DNA from: Camelus dromedarius
Lineage: Eukaryota
Direction of reading: 5' to 3'
DNA: 64,000 bases
Assembly (NCBI RefSeq): GCF_036321535.1
Contig: NC_087436.1
Coordinates: forward strand, 6,386,001-6,450,000
Within the stretch, counting starts at the first letter, position 1, and the number at the start of each line of letters is the position of its first letter. Made by a program: the position numbers and the translations under genes. This document shows positions 38,380 through 50,084 of the stretch, in pieces. The notes beneath the pieces were generated by a model. That model had not been told where the DNA came from and searched no databases. It worked only from the letters and a program-made list of their open reading frames with translations.

Positions 38380-38560
38380 AATGGAGTCAGAATAATGGGC
38401 TTTTTAATCAGAACATGTGAGATTCATGCAAAGCCTCTTCCTGAAGCCCTTGGACTTCCGTTTTCTCATCTGTAAGAATAAAAATGATATAATAGAGCCC
38501 ACACCACTGACTATGAGGATGTTAAGAACGTGCCTGGCTCGTGGCAATCTCCCCACTGAG
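38380..38560 (+). mobile_element. MIR
   Basis: gttttctcatctgtaagaat...gtgcctggc. Confidence 0.6.
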
Positions 38561-39280
38561 ATTTCATGACCCGACATGTCTGAATATCAAATTCAGTTCA
38601 TAAACGAACATTCACCCAGAAAACGAAGCATAGACTCCAGAAAACTTTAACAAATCTTGTTTTTATTTAGACTCTAGTAAGAACTCAGTAGGTAAAAAAA
38701 AATCCATCCCCACCAAGGAAAGAGTAAATCCCATGACATCATATGATATGGATAAAGTTTTGGTAGTATATTTTTATTCATCCATCATTTTGGATGAGAG
38801 TTGAAGAAATTTAGCGGAAAAAAAGGTTAAAGGCTCATGTGTGATTAATTTTCTCAGACCACAGATATAATTGAAACAAACATATTTTAATTTCGATACA
38901 ACTTTTTCAAAATTTTACAAACCTTCCCAATGGTCATGAATCAGGTTTCATTATAGACTTAAAAGATTTTTTTTTTAATTTGGGCAAATAAGCTTTGATT
39001 TCACAAGTACTTCATTGTTCTTTCAAGGTACCATTATTTATTCCAACCACACTGCTTTTCTAGTCCTTCATAGAATTTCTGCCTTTTAATGGGCCTATTT
39101 AGACTATTGGGGGGATGGTTCCCCTAAACCTTTGGGGTGTTCTTTTCCCCCTTGGCTTCGGGTAACTTCCTCACCCTTGAGCACTGGTCTATACTCAGGT
39201 GAAGACTCCAGGGAACCCTCTACAGATCTTTGAAGTTCTCTGAAGCTCCCTTCTCTCAGGTTCTCAGCCTCGTAATTTCT

Positions 39281-39708
39281 TTTAATTGAGGCATAATTGT
39301 CACACAACACCGTGCGAGTTCAAGGTGCGCAGCGTGCTGGTCCAGTGCGCTGATAATACTGCAGCATGAGGGCCGCCGTAGCGTCCCTTGACACCTGTCA
39401 CGTCGTGTGATTATCATGTCTTTTTGTGGTGACAACAATTAAGATCTGTCTCTTGGCACCGTGGGAGTTTGTAGCCCGGTGTTGCTGATCGTGACCACGA
39501 TGCTGTGCATCGCATCTCTGGAGCTCTTCTAGCTGCAAGTTCGCACCCTCGGACCAAAGGCTCCCCAGTTCTCCCCCGACCTCAGCCCCTGGTACCCACC
39601 GCCCTATTCTCCATTTCTACGAGTTCAGCTTTTGTGGAGTCCACACCTGAGTGACATTGTGCGGTATGTCTTTCTCTGTCTGACTCATCTCGCTGTGCAG
39701 AACGCCCT
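39281..39708 (-). mobile_element. L1MA9-like 3'UTR, unusually GC/CpG-rich, nested in an older L1 5'UTR remnant (~39100-39990)
   Basis: Collinear with the AT-rich copy at 63370-63861 (acaattaagatct...cccctggtacccacc...tctttctctgtctgact). Confidence 0.8.
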
Positions 39709-40328
39709 ATAAACCTCTGTGCCTCAGCCTACCCGATTTCTCCTCTCCAGCTCCCCCACTCAGGGTGCCACGACCTCCACCGGGGGTCCCCCTCCCGCTG
39801 CCCTGGCCTGAAAACTCTCTCAGGCAGTAAACTGGGGCGATCGTAGGTCTCCCCTCACTTGTTTCTCCCCTCCCCTCTCAGGGGTTCTTGTCCTTTGCTA
39901 CTTCATGTCCCGTGTCGATAAGCCACTGTTTCATTATGTCCAGTTTTTGTTGTTCAAGCAAGAGGCTAAATCCAGTTCCCTGTTACTACAAAAGTCCTCT
40001 CACCTTGATTTCTGAAGATGCAAATGAGCACCTGCCTTGGGAGCACCTTGTTTGTCCTGTCCGTGATGGACTTGGAACCCGCGCTGGCCTTCAGCTAATT
40101 CTGCAATGATTCCCAAGACCACTAGTGGCCAGTCTCACATCTGTTCCAACTGGACAGTAAGTGGCCCAGGACGGCCCTCCAGCCTGCCCTCTGCTCTCCT
40201 TCACCGTGACTGGGATCGCTCCCTGGGTGGGGTCTCCTCAGAGGAAGGAGTACAAGGGAAAGGAGGAGACACCAGTGCAAACCCAGTGTGTATCACTTGA
40301 AGACCCCTTGACCTTACAGGAAGTCTAA

Positions 40329-41232
40329 AGAGACATTTCCCCAAAGAAGACATCCAGATGGCCAACAGGCCCATGAAAAGATCCTCAATTTCACTAATTA
40401 CTAGAGAAATGCAAATCAAAAGTACAATGAGGTATCACCTCACACTAGTCAGAATGGCCATCATTAAAAAATTCACAAATAATAAATGCTGGAGAGGGCG
40501 TGGAGAAAAAAGGACCCTCCTACATTGTTGGTGGGGATGTAAGTTGATGCAGCTGTTATGGAAAACAGTAAGGAAGTTCCTTAAAAAACTAAAAATAGAT
40601 CCAGCAATCCCACTCCTGGGCATATATCCAGAGGGAACTCTAATTTGAAAAGATACATGCACCCCAGTGTTCACAGCAGCACTATTTACAATAGTCAAGA
40701 CATGGAAGCAACCTAGATGTCCGTCGACAGATGCCTGGATAAAGAAGCTGTGGTACATATATAAATGGAATACTTACTCAGCTCTAAAAAAGAGTGAAAT
40801 CATGCCATTTGCAGCAACAAGGATGGACCTACAAATGACCATATTAAGCAAAGTAAGTCAGAAAGAGAAAGAAAAATATCATATGATGTCACTTATATGT
40901 GGAATCTAAAAAAGAAAAAGATACCAATTTTATTTACAAACCAGAAATAGACTCACAGACATGGAAAACAAATTGTGGTTACTAGAGGGGAAAGGGGTGG
41001 GGAGGGATAGATTAGGAGTTTGGGATTAACAGATATACACTACTATATATAAAATAGATAAACAACAAGGACCTGCTGTATAGCACAGGGAACTCTATTC
41101 AATTTCTTGTAATGAGCCATAATGGAAAAGAAACTGAAAAAAATTTATGTATGTATGTACATGTGTAACTGAATCGCTTGGCTGTACGCTGGAAACTAAC
41201 ATTGTAAATTGACTACACTTCAATAAAAAAAA
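40329..41232 (+). mobile_element. L1 3' ~0.9 kb (ORF2 Cys-rich C-terminus and 3'UTR)
   Basis: ORF 40358-40648 [14 protein letters not shown]...[21 protein letters not shown] is the L1 ORF2p C-terminal domain. Confidence 0.95.
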
Positions 41233-41854
41233 GGAATAAAAATGGTCGCTTGTCCTTGACAACTGAGTTGATTGCCATCTTCTCATTGTACTTTTATTTA
41301 AGCTCAGTGCTATGCACCCCTTTTACACATGTACAGAAACTATCTCAGAGAAAAACCTTACATACCTCAGCTTTTCATGACTTCTGACCTCCCCACCTAA
41401 AGCCCTCTCTCATCACTTACAGCCCAGGAAGAATGCAACCCAGGGTCCCGATGCCCCCCCAGCTCCCACCCACTACCACCCAGATCCACCCAGTCCTCTA
41501 AGGGGCCTCAGAGCACATCTGGGTAGTGGGGAGAGGATTCAGTCCACATCTCCAAGCTCTGCTCACACCCTCAACAGTGCCTCTTGGTTCTGCAGCCACA
41601 GGGTGAACAACTCGAGCTCTGCTGAGCTTTGGGGGATCTGTCTGGGCAAGATGCCAGTGCAGGCGTCAAATACAGGCTTGGGTCTTGAAAGCAAGGCGGT
41701 GCCTCTACACAGGGAAGACTGGATGAGGTGGAGCGGTGGGGGGCTCCTGGTGTTCAGCTGCCCTGGCCAGGGAGTGAGTCAATGGCGGGGCACCCAGGGC
41801 TCTGACGGTGCAGCCACTGCACTGGAAACATTGTCTTAGGAAGCCATAGCAAGT

Positions 41855-41989
41855 GGGGAGGGCATAGCTCAGTGGTAGAGCACCTGCTTAGCATGCACGA
41901 GGTCCTGGGTTCAATCCCCAGTGCCTCCGTTAATAATAAATAAATAAACCTAATTGCCTCCCCCCTCAATAAATACATAATTTTTTTTA
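41855..41989 (+). mobile_element. tRNA-Ala-derived SINE (Vic-1 type)
   Basis: GGGGAGGGCATAGCTCAGTGGTAGAGCACCTGCTTAGCATGCACGAGGTCCTGGGTTCAATCCCC; TSD-like AAGCCA(T/C)AGC at 41841-41850 and 41990-41999. Confidence 0.92.
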
Positions 41990-43074
41990 AAGCCACAGCT
42001 AAATGTACTTAATTCTTTAAATGCTTCTGGTAAGAAACTTGCTTCTCTGTATTTCATGTAAATTACCTGGGTTAAAAAAATCAGACTCATACATTTAGTG
42101 ACAGCAAATCATTTTTATCTAAAATAAACCCTGAAGTCTTCAGCAGAAGACTCTCTCCCCTCACGGGTCAATAGGCGTCCTGGCAGAGAGTGACTAAAAT
42201 AACGACTTGTCTGGGGAGCAGATTGCAAGGACTGGGATGAAAGAAGGGTGCTTCCTCACACACAAAGTACTGGCCGTCCATTCTAGTCAGCGTTTGTGAG
42301 GTATGGTTATATTTGTCTGCAGCAAGTGGGCTCCAAGAAGTTCGAGTCCCATGATGGGGCTTGGACACCCAGAGGATGTCCTCACGTAGAAGCTAGCCCT
42401 TCAGGGAGACCTGAATTCTGCTGGAAACCATCACAGGAAGAAATGCTCTCCGCCAAGGCTTCCCTCAATCCATTTCACCTCAAGCCCTTGCTCAAGTTAT
42501 AAATCTGTCATGTGGAAATAAAAGGAAATCTCCAGATCAAAATCTGACTATGCCTTGCCAGACTAATCCCTCACTAGGTTTGTTTACACACATTTACAGC
42601 TGACTGAGAGGGAGTTTATTATTTCTTTGGGCAAGCAGAGATTCTTACTTTGCTGAAACAATCCCAAAGGGTTTTTTATAAACTAACAAGATATTTTTAT
42701 TGCCCTGGGTCCGTAACAAAATTAAGAGACTTGTTTGCATATTTCCTTTATTACATTCTTAAATGAAATTCACAAACCAAACAGGAAGCCTTCATTAACC
42801 CATGACAGAGGAAAAGTGTTATACCTAAAGAGAACTTGGAAAACTTTTTAAAAAGTAACAATTTTTGCAGTGTATTACAGGGACAGTAAAAGACAGAAAT
42901 TAGGTTTGATTTAAAGTCACACAACAGCACCACAAACTGATACTTCACATGGACAATTTACTTCCTATTTTCAGGGGAAGAAATGAAAAGACGGCAGGAA
43001 CTTTCAAAAGGAAAAATGATCGGAAATTATCTTTAAACCCCAGCTGAACATGCTGAGATGTACATGAATCTTAC

Positions 43075-43176
43075 CAGAAAACTGACAAAGCAGGTGTGCG
43101 CTGTGAGGAGCAAGGGTTTGTTTAAAGGGTCACTGTGAGCGAGGGTGATGCAGAAATGAGACAAAACGCACGAAGT
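43075..43176 (-). other. Putative internal exon (acceptor ambiguous: 102, 58 or 26 nt)
   Basis: Strong donor CTG|GTAAGA at 43074; three CAG acceptors with pyrimidine tracts giving starts at 43176, 43132 or 43100. Confidence 0.35.
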
Positions 43177-43544
43177 CTGTAAGATTACGGAAACGAACGG
43201 AGTGACGCCCTTCCCGCGGGGTCCGCGTGTGACTCTTGGCCCGAACTGCCCTTCTGGAAGTAAAGCCCGACCACGAGGAATCTCGTCTGGAGATGTACCC
43301 CCCCCCCGGCCCCACCCACATCCTGACACCCAGGATGTGTCCCTCTCCCAAATAGAGAAAGTTCTGCCCCAGGAAAAAGTCACCCAGGCGACCTGGAAAG
43401 AGTAGACAGCTGCAAAACAAGAGAGTTTTTGTCAATGAACGGCTATGGCTAGCATCATCGTTCTGGTTAATAATTATTCTCTCCATAGTTGTCCTTCTTT
43501 CAGAAGCGGTCGTCTTCCACTCGTGGCCAGCATGGGATAGCAGT

Positions 43545-44112
43545 TTAGTTTTTTGGGTTTTTTTCTTTTTTTTAACTAAAATGATGATTTTTAATGGGAA
43601 CCAGAGGTATGGTTACAATTACATAGTTCAGCACAAAAAACCTGTGGGTGATCAGGAGTTGGAAGGTTACAAAATAATGAGGATAAAAGTGGGTCCAGGA
43701 AGAAAAGCTGCTCCAGAACGTCAGAAGCCAGGCTGCTACGGCTGCTCCCTGCGGCCCTGTGTGTGCTCACCCCTGGAGGCCATCTCGCCAGGGCCAAAGC
43801 CACTCTGTCCCCACCACCCCGGCCCCCTCAGAAGCCCCCATGATCCCCTCCTCGGCCTCCTCTGCCACCACGACGATCATCTCCATGGTTACCCCCATAT
43901 GAGAGCCTCCTGGTCCCCTTCCTGGGCCATCTGGTTTAGGGGCCTTCTGCTGGTTGCATTCATTCCTCTGAGAGAAGTCCATGTTCTCACATGGAGGGTA
44001 AAGACGCTTCCAGTCCCCAGCTCCCTGCTGTCCTCCACCGCCACCACTGCCACTGGGGAATCCCCCTCGGCCACCGCCACCACCGCCACCACCTCCAGAG
44101 CCTCCCCGGCCA
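43545..44112 (-). pseudogene. FUS: FUS processed pseudogene, 5'-truncated (RGG2, RanBP2-type zinc finger, RGG3, PY-NLS, proximal 3'UTR, poly-A)
   Basis: Minus-strand translation [73 protein letters not shown] matches [49 protein letters not shown]. The end [11 protein letters not shown] matches FUS GEHRQDRRERPY*. Downstream sequence matches the FUS 3'UTR (TTATTTTGTAACCTTCC...CCTCTGGTTCCCATTAAA), then an A-rich tail (T-run 43545-43573 on +). No introns; frameshifts, a TGA stop and two lost Cys. Confidence 0.95.
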
Positions 44113-44747
44113 GGAAGCATAGACAAAGCCTTTGGAACAATGGATTTAGGGACACATCAAATAATGAAAGGTTGATCCTGGGAAATGGGACACCTCGCAG
44201 CCTGGCTTCCTGCCTGGAGGGCCTCCAGCCCCAGGGCAGGAAAGGGAGGCCTCCTTCCTGGAGGGGAGGATCTCCCAGAGGCGAGGAGATGGACCGGAGA
44301 CTCTGGGGAGAGGGAGGGGCCGGGCTCAGCCAGGCAGAGACCTGGAGAAGACAGCTGCCCGGAGGAAGACACCTGCAAGTCTGCAAAGGGTCCTCCTCCA
44401 GGGTTCAGCCGAGTCCTGAGCAGCACCTGCGTGGGAAGAAACAGTCCGCGACTGGGGACAGAACCTTCTGGAAGGACTAGAGGGACCACGCTTGGCACCC
44501 TCCCAGGTGCCTGCTCCAATCTGGGGGCCCCGGTGGAGTACCAAGGTCGGGGCACCTGTCTCAGTTGTGGGGGAAATAAACCCGAGCCCGTGTGCTCCTC
44601 TGGTCCTGCAAGACACCAGCAGCGAAGCTGTTAGACCAAAGTGTACACACGCTTCATTTTGAGATACCGCTACCCACTTGGCCTCCGAAAAGTCTACCAA
44701 CTCCCACGGTCCTCTTCTCTCACAGTGCTGCTGTCAAGGGACTGGTT

Positions 44748-45483
44748 GTTTTTGTTTTTTTAATTTATTCCTTTTTTTTTTTTTAACTAAAGTGTAGTTA
44801 ATCTACTATGTTATGTTAGTCTCTGGTGTACAGCAAAGTGATTCAGTTATACATATGTAAATATATTCTTTTTCATTATAGGTTATTATGAGATATTGAA
44901 TATAGTTCCCTGTGCTGTACAGTAGGACCTTGTTGTTTATCTATTTTATATACAGTAGTGTGTGTCTGCTAATTCCAAACTGCTAAATTATATCTCCTCC
45001 ACCTTCCGCTTTGGTAACCATAAGTTTGTGAGTTTGTGAGTCTGTTTCCGTTTTATAAATAAGTTTATTTGTGTCTTTTTTTAAATTCCACATATAAGTG
45101 ATATCATATATTTGTCTTCCTCTGTCTGACTTACTTCACTTAGTATGATCATCTCCAGGTCCAACCACATTGCTGCATTATTTTATTCTTTTTTCTGACT
45201 AAGTAGTATTCCATTATATATATTATATTATTAAACAACTTCTTTATCCAGTCATCTGTCAGTGGACATTTAGATTTTTCCATGTCTTGGCTGTTGTAAA
45301 TAGTGCTGCTATGAACATTGGGTGCATATATCTTTTCAAATTAGAGTTTTCTCCAGGTATATGCCCAGGAGTAGGATTGCTGGATCATAGGGTAAGTCTA
45401 TTTTTAGTCTTTTGAGGAATCTCCATACTGTTTTCCACAGTGGCTACACCAAATTCCATTCTCACCAACAGTGTAGGAGGGTT
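44748..45483 (-). mobile_element. L1 3' ~0.7 kb with TSD
   Basis: T tail, antisense 3'UTR and ORF2 end; TSD 10/12 AAGGGA(C/T)TG(G/A)TT at 44736-44747 and 45484-45495. Confidence 0.92.
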
Positions 45484-45884
45484 AAGGGATTGATTTATTT
45501 ATGTGTCAACTGATGGATAAACATATTTATCTTCATGGATTCACTCCCTGTTCCTTACTGACTCTCTCATCCAAATTGACTCCCACGAATTGCTGACTGC
45601 TGCTCACACTCTGTTGTCAGCCCTGATTCTAGCTCAGTCTGGCAGAAAAGATCCAAACCTCATACCAGATATGATCTGGTAGATACGGTTTGTCCAAACC
45701 TCACGCCACCACACCCACACACCAGAGGTCCTGTTTGGAGACCAGCCACCGTCTCCTGGGAGGAAGAATTCAGATCGCAATAACCAACACATTCTTTGGT
45801 TTCTCAAACAGTATTAAAAGTTCACGTTACTGATTTCAGTGATTCTCTTTAAACTGGGGGGGGGGGGGCGATGTAATAAAGTAA

Positions 45885-46075
45885 CAGCATAAGGATGCAT
45901 CCTTCAGAAACAGACAGATTTGAATTCAAACGTCCTCTCTGTTATCCTCTAATTTCACCCAATTTCACCTGGAGCAAGATAAATTATTCTCTCTGAAAGT
46001 GTTTCCTCATTTGTAAAACAAGGTTAATACCTACTTTTAAGGGTTGTTGAGAGGAACAATGATGATAAATGGAAA
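45885..46075 (+). mobile_element. MIR
   Basis: cagacagatttgaattcaaa...gtttcctcatttgtaaaa...aatacctac...agggttgttgagagga. Confidence 0.75.
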
Positions 46076-46094
46076 CTCACTATGGAAACAATGA

Positions 46095-46589
46095 CAGACA
46101 TACCTCACTTTATTGAATTTGGCTTTACTGTGCTTCACAGATGCTGAGTATTTGTTTTACAAACTGAAGGTTTGTGGCAATCCTGTATCAAACAGATCTA
46201 TCGGCACCCTTCTCCCAACAGCACGTGCTCACTTCATGTCTGTGTGTTGCGTTTTGGTAATTCTCGCAATGTTTCAAACTTTTCCATTTTTGTTATGTTT
46301 GTCACGGTGATCTGTGATCAGTGACCTTTGATGTTGCTGCTACAAAAGATTATGACTCGCTGAAGGCTCCGGTGATGGGTAGCACTTTTTATCACTTAGG
46401 CATTTTTCTAATTAAGGCAGGTTTTCTAGACATAATGCTGTTGAACACTCAGTTGACTACAGTATAGCCTGAACACAACTTTGATATGAACTTGGAAAAC
46501 AAAACAATTCATGTGACTCACTTTACCGCAATATTTGCTTTGCTGCGGTGGTCTGGAACCAAACGCGCAGTATCTCTGAGGTCTGTCTG
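46095..46589 (+). mobile_element. Tigger1 internal-deletion MITE (Tigger1a-type)
   Basis: Terminal inverted repeats CAGACATACCTC ... GAGGTCTGTCTG followed by TA; Tigger1 left end joined to right end (tatgactcgctgaaggctc). Confidence 0.88.
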
Positions 46590-46875
46590 TAGTAACTATA
46601 TGAAGAGATACGTCCCTAAATGAAGGCATCCCCCAGCATGTTCTAAGTCTTCTAAGTAAACTATGATCAGTTTTATAGTGATGTTACCATCATTCAACTT
46701 CAAAGAATTTCAAAATAAGGAACAAAAATGCAGTGGGAAAATCATCACTGAATTATTGACTTTATAAAATTTTATTTTACTTGAGAACTTAAGGATGGCC
46801 AAATAATACCAAAAAGTTATAAAGATCGCAACAAAGGAAAGAAGCCTCCTGATGCAGAAAAAATAACACAGTCGG

Positions 46876-47300
46876 TGTATTAGTTTTCTCGCGGTCGTTG
46901 TAACAGATTACCACAAACAGAGCGGCTTAAAGCACTAATTTATTTTCTTCTAGTTCTGGAGGTCAGAAGTCTGGAGAGCGTTTCAGGACTAGAGTCCAGG
47001 TGTTGACTGGGCTGGTTCCTCTCGGAAGCTCTGGGAGAGAATCTCATTCCAAGCTCCTTCCAGCTTTTATAAGCTGCCACATTGTGGCCACATCTGTCCA
47101 AACCCTTTCCTCCATCTCCAACTAGTCATGGGCTCTTCCGCCTCTTGTAAGGACCCTGGTGGTTGCATCAGGCTCACATGGATAATTCAGGGTGCTCTCA
47201 TCTCATCTCAGGGTCCTTCTGCCATGTAAGGTAACACGCTCAGATTCCAGGGATTAAGATGTGGAGATGGGGTGGGGTTGGGGTCATTCAGCCTACCGCA
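46876..47300 (-). mobile_element. MLT1C/D solo LTR
   Basis: tgtattagttttct...gtaacagattaccacaaac...gttctggaggtcagaagtct...cattcagcctaccgca. Confidence 0.88.
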
Positions 47301-48694
47301 GTCAACAGCCAAGCACACTTACAATTCGGGTCACAGAACCCACGGAGAACACCCTATCACATCATGTGAATCAGGTTAGGAAGCAGCAGATCCTGGACCC
47401 ATCGTTCAGTGTTTCATCCTCCATACAGCTTGTCCTGACTGCCTTCCCTAAGTCATGCACATTTGTGTGCAAGGCTGATGGTGGATATAAAAGCAGGTGC
47501 GGCACACCACAAAGGACCTCCTGACTGAGCACCGACTGTGTGCCATGAGCTGTTTGGATGCCGGCAACACAACGGTGAGCAAATCCAAATCCCTGCCTCC
47601 ACAGAGCCCTCATTCTAGCAGGGGAAGGGCTGTGTTGCAGGGGCTCCTTTAGTACTGCCAGCAACCCTCGGTTGAAGGGTACCAAGATTCACACGTTCTG
47701 TATTTCTCTGAGATAAAGATCTAGAAAATATGAACCTTTACGGCTTCCGAGGCAACTGCTTGAAAGAGAAAAGGGCTAGCTCCAAAACGTAAGGGCTTCT
47801 TGTTAAAACATAAAATAATGAAATATTTTATTCAATATCTGAAGAGGTAGGCTTTTAAGTACCCCAGTCAAGGGTAGAAAGGAAAACCTGGAAACTGGAA
47901 TGACCCCCAGAGGCAATGAACAAGTTGGCTGCAGATTAAATGGACTAAATTATGGAGAACGGACACTCTTTCCTCTTACGGTTGCAATCTGATAGCTCAG
48001 TTCAAGGCACAAGAAAACTCCTAAGATTGTAAGACAGACTATTTCATGGTTAGGAGTAAAGATAACCTCATGTTTCTGACCAAACTTTACGTTAATTAAA
48101 ATACGAGGCAAGAGAATTGTATGTCTTCTGGTTACACTAAACTCACAGGTGGTTGATTTGACAGGCTAGCGGGAAAACGTAGTTAAAGGAAAGATGAGAG
48201 AGGCCGATCCCCTGGGATGATTCGCTTCTTGGTACAAAACAATGTTAGTTCATTATCATCCTATTCCATCTCCAATGGTCCTTTTTGTCCTCCTCCTAAT
48301 TGCCTATTTCTCTTGAGCTTTCTCCTCTGGTTCTGTGCTCCTCGGTTAGGAGGGTTTTTTTTTTTCTTATCTCTAAGAAAGGCATTAAGTAGCATCTCAC
48401 CGATTGTTTGGGGCCTCATCAAGAAACCCCAAAAAGAAAAAGCTATTTTAACCATATCAAATTTTAAAAATTCTTCTAGAAAATGTTACTTCCTTTTTCA
48501 AGGCATCCAGGAAACCCTGGACTGAGACCACACAAGACCTGTGAAGGAGCAGGTGGGCAGAGACCCCGCGAAAAGCAGGAGGCAGGCGCTCTCGGGGGGC
48601 CCAGTACGTGTGTCCGTCAGGGTTTAACGGGGGGAGCGGAAGGACCACGACGACTGATGGGGAATAAGGGATGAGTTATTGGGATGAAACTCAC

Positions 48695-48725
48695 CGACTG
48701 CGGGAGCAGCTGCGGAAAGAAGACT
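48695..48725 (-). other. Putative 31-nt internal exon
   Basis: CTGAC branch-like motif, pyrimidine tract and CAG acceptor (ctctgactctgcactcctcccctcttccag|AGTC) with donor TCG|GTGAGT; 199-nt intron to the upstream donor. Confidence 0.55.
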
Positions 48726-48924
48726 CTGGAAGAGGGGAGGAGTGCAGAGTCAGAGAACGTCCCTCCCGGGAAGCAGGGAGATGCGCCAGGCTGCCGCGGC
48801 TGCATCCGGCCGCCAGGCGGAGGTTGCTGTAGGTCAGCTGCGCGGGGGGGAGGGAGAAAATCTGGCTGCCAAGCTGGAGAGATCAAGGGCAAGTTCGAAT
48901 CTCTGAAGAGCAGCGGGGACTCAC

Positions 48925-49060
48925 AAGGATACACGGAAATCCAACAGGACCAGCAGGACTGTGCCCCTGTCCCCGCGGCTGCTCCAGCGACGCACATGGG
49001 TACCCGTGCTCTTCAGCGCCAGGCTGCACGCGGGCCGGCCCATGACTCGGGGATGCTGAA
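48925..49060 (-). other. Putative first exon of an unidentified minus-strand transcript (5' boundary unknown)
   Basis: Ends in donor CTT|GTGAGT (intron starts 48924) inside the CpG island; ATG in good Kozak context (GTCATGG) at 49043. Confidence 0.45.
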
Positions 49061-50084
49061 GCAGGAGACCCAGCAAGACCCGGGCCAGGGGCACCTGCTG
49101 CTGCCCCGCCCGGAAGAGGCCAGCCGCAGACCATGGGCTGGAGCCCTGCACTGAGCCTGCCGGTGTCTCACCATCACCGCAGCTCCCTCAACCTCCCAAA
49201 TATCGCCTGCGTTTCCTGTGTGGCCCAGAATCTTACAGGAAAGGAGATTCCTGCACGCTTCTCCCTTGTGGACGCAATCCATTCAATCTCATTACCCCTG
49301 TCTACTTACATAAGTTCTGATTGTGTCCCCTTTCCTATCCTGACATTCCCCTGAATCCTCGAAATTCATGCTCCTCAAACTTCAGGGCATATAAGAATCC
49401 CCTGGGAATCTTCCTAAAAAGCATAGTGTCCAGGTGGGTGGGTGGCGAGAGGGGCCTGAGATGCCGCGTGTCTGACCTGCCCGTGTCTGCACACAATGAG
49501 ATCAGCCCTCACGAATGGGCATGCTGGGCTGGCAGCTTTTCAGCTGTGGTCCACGGAGCCCCTGGTTCCCCAGAGGCGCCTGACGCCTGGGCGGGAGGGG
49601 GAAGGGCAGGGTGGCCTCTGCATCACCTCGGGCTGCTCCACTCTTCTCTCTGGATACACTAAGCTCACGGGTGGCTGATTTGAAAGATTTTGGTTTTGCT
49701 GTTGCTGTTCTTGTTGTGGAAGAGCTTTTCTGATTCTCTGTTTTGTGTACTGGAATTTCATGTCACATTTCATTCGCAGACAAATAGACAGGAGTTCCCT
49801 GATGTAACAACAAGAAAGCCTAAAATTCAGTTGACTGTGAACGGACATGAGCCTAATGGCAAAATTATTTTGGCTTTGTTTCTAAAGAAGGGAAACCCAA
49901 TACTACCCGCCACATTACCTGCACCGCATCGTAAAAACAGTCTTGGAATGATGCCTGAAGACCATCATTGCCTGTTGGGCAATAACAGATTTTCCTCAAA
50001 TACATTAACTAGATTAATTGAATTCCCTTTATAACTTTGGGCTAATCATGAAACTTCTTAGAGATTTTATTTCTGTATCAATAT

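Larger units (their letters stand above)
48540..49210. promoter_or_regulatory. CpG island / probable promoter
   Basis: Non-repeat, GC-rich and visibly CpG-dense relative to the window. GC box GCCCCGCCC (49103-49111) overlaps an ETS core CCGGAAG (49110-49116). Minus-strand splice donors lie just downstream. Confidence 0.7.

Noticed and set aside
40358..40909. ORFs resembling proteins (also 20717-20983 and 57558-57755)
   Set aside because: Fragments of decayed L1 ORF1p/ORF2p, not host genes; no intact L1 in the window.
2895..41989. Three tRNA-Ala(AGC)-like sequences (2895, 32125, 41855) as real tRNA genes
   Set aside because: Acceptor stems are mutated, each has an A-rich tail and two have TSD-like flanks; they are tRNA-derived SINEs.
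43767..44126. 119-aa Gly-rich ORF as a functional FUS-like CDS
   Set aside because: The start lies outside the homology, zinc-finger cysteines are lost and the frame shifts after GSHMG.
43528..44132. TSD around the FUS retrocopy (agcatgggatagcagttt versus agcatagacaaagccttt)
   Set aside because: Too degenerate to call.
48617..49282. Overlapping 76-156 aa ORFs in the CpG island as genes
   Set aside because: Open in several frames on both strands as expected for GC-rich DNA; no recognisable domain.
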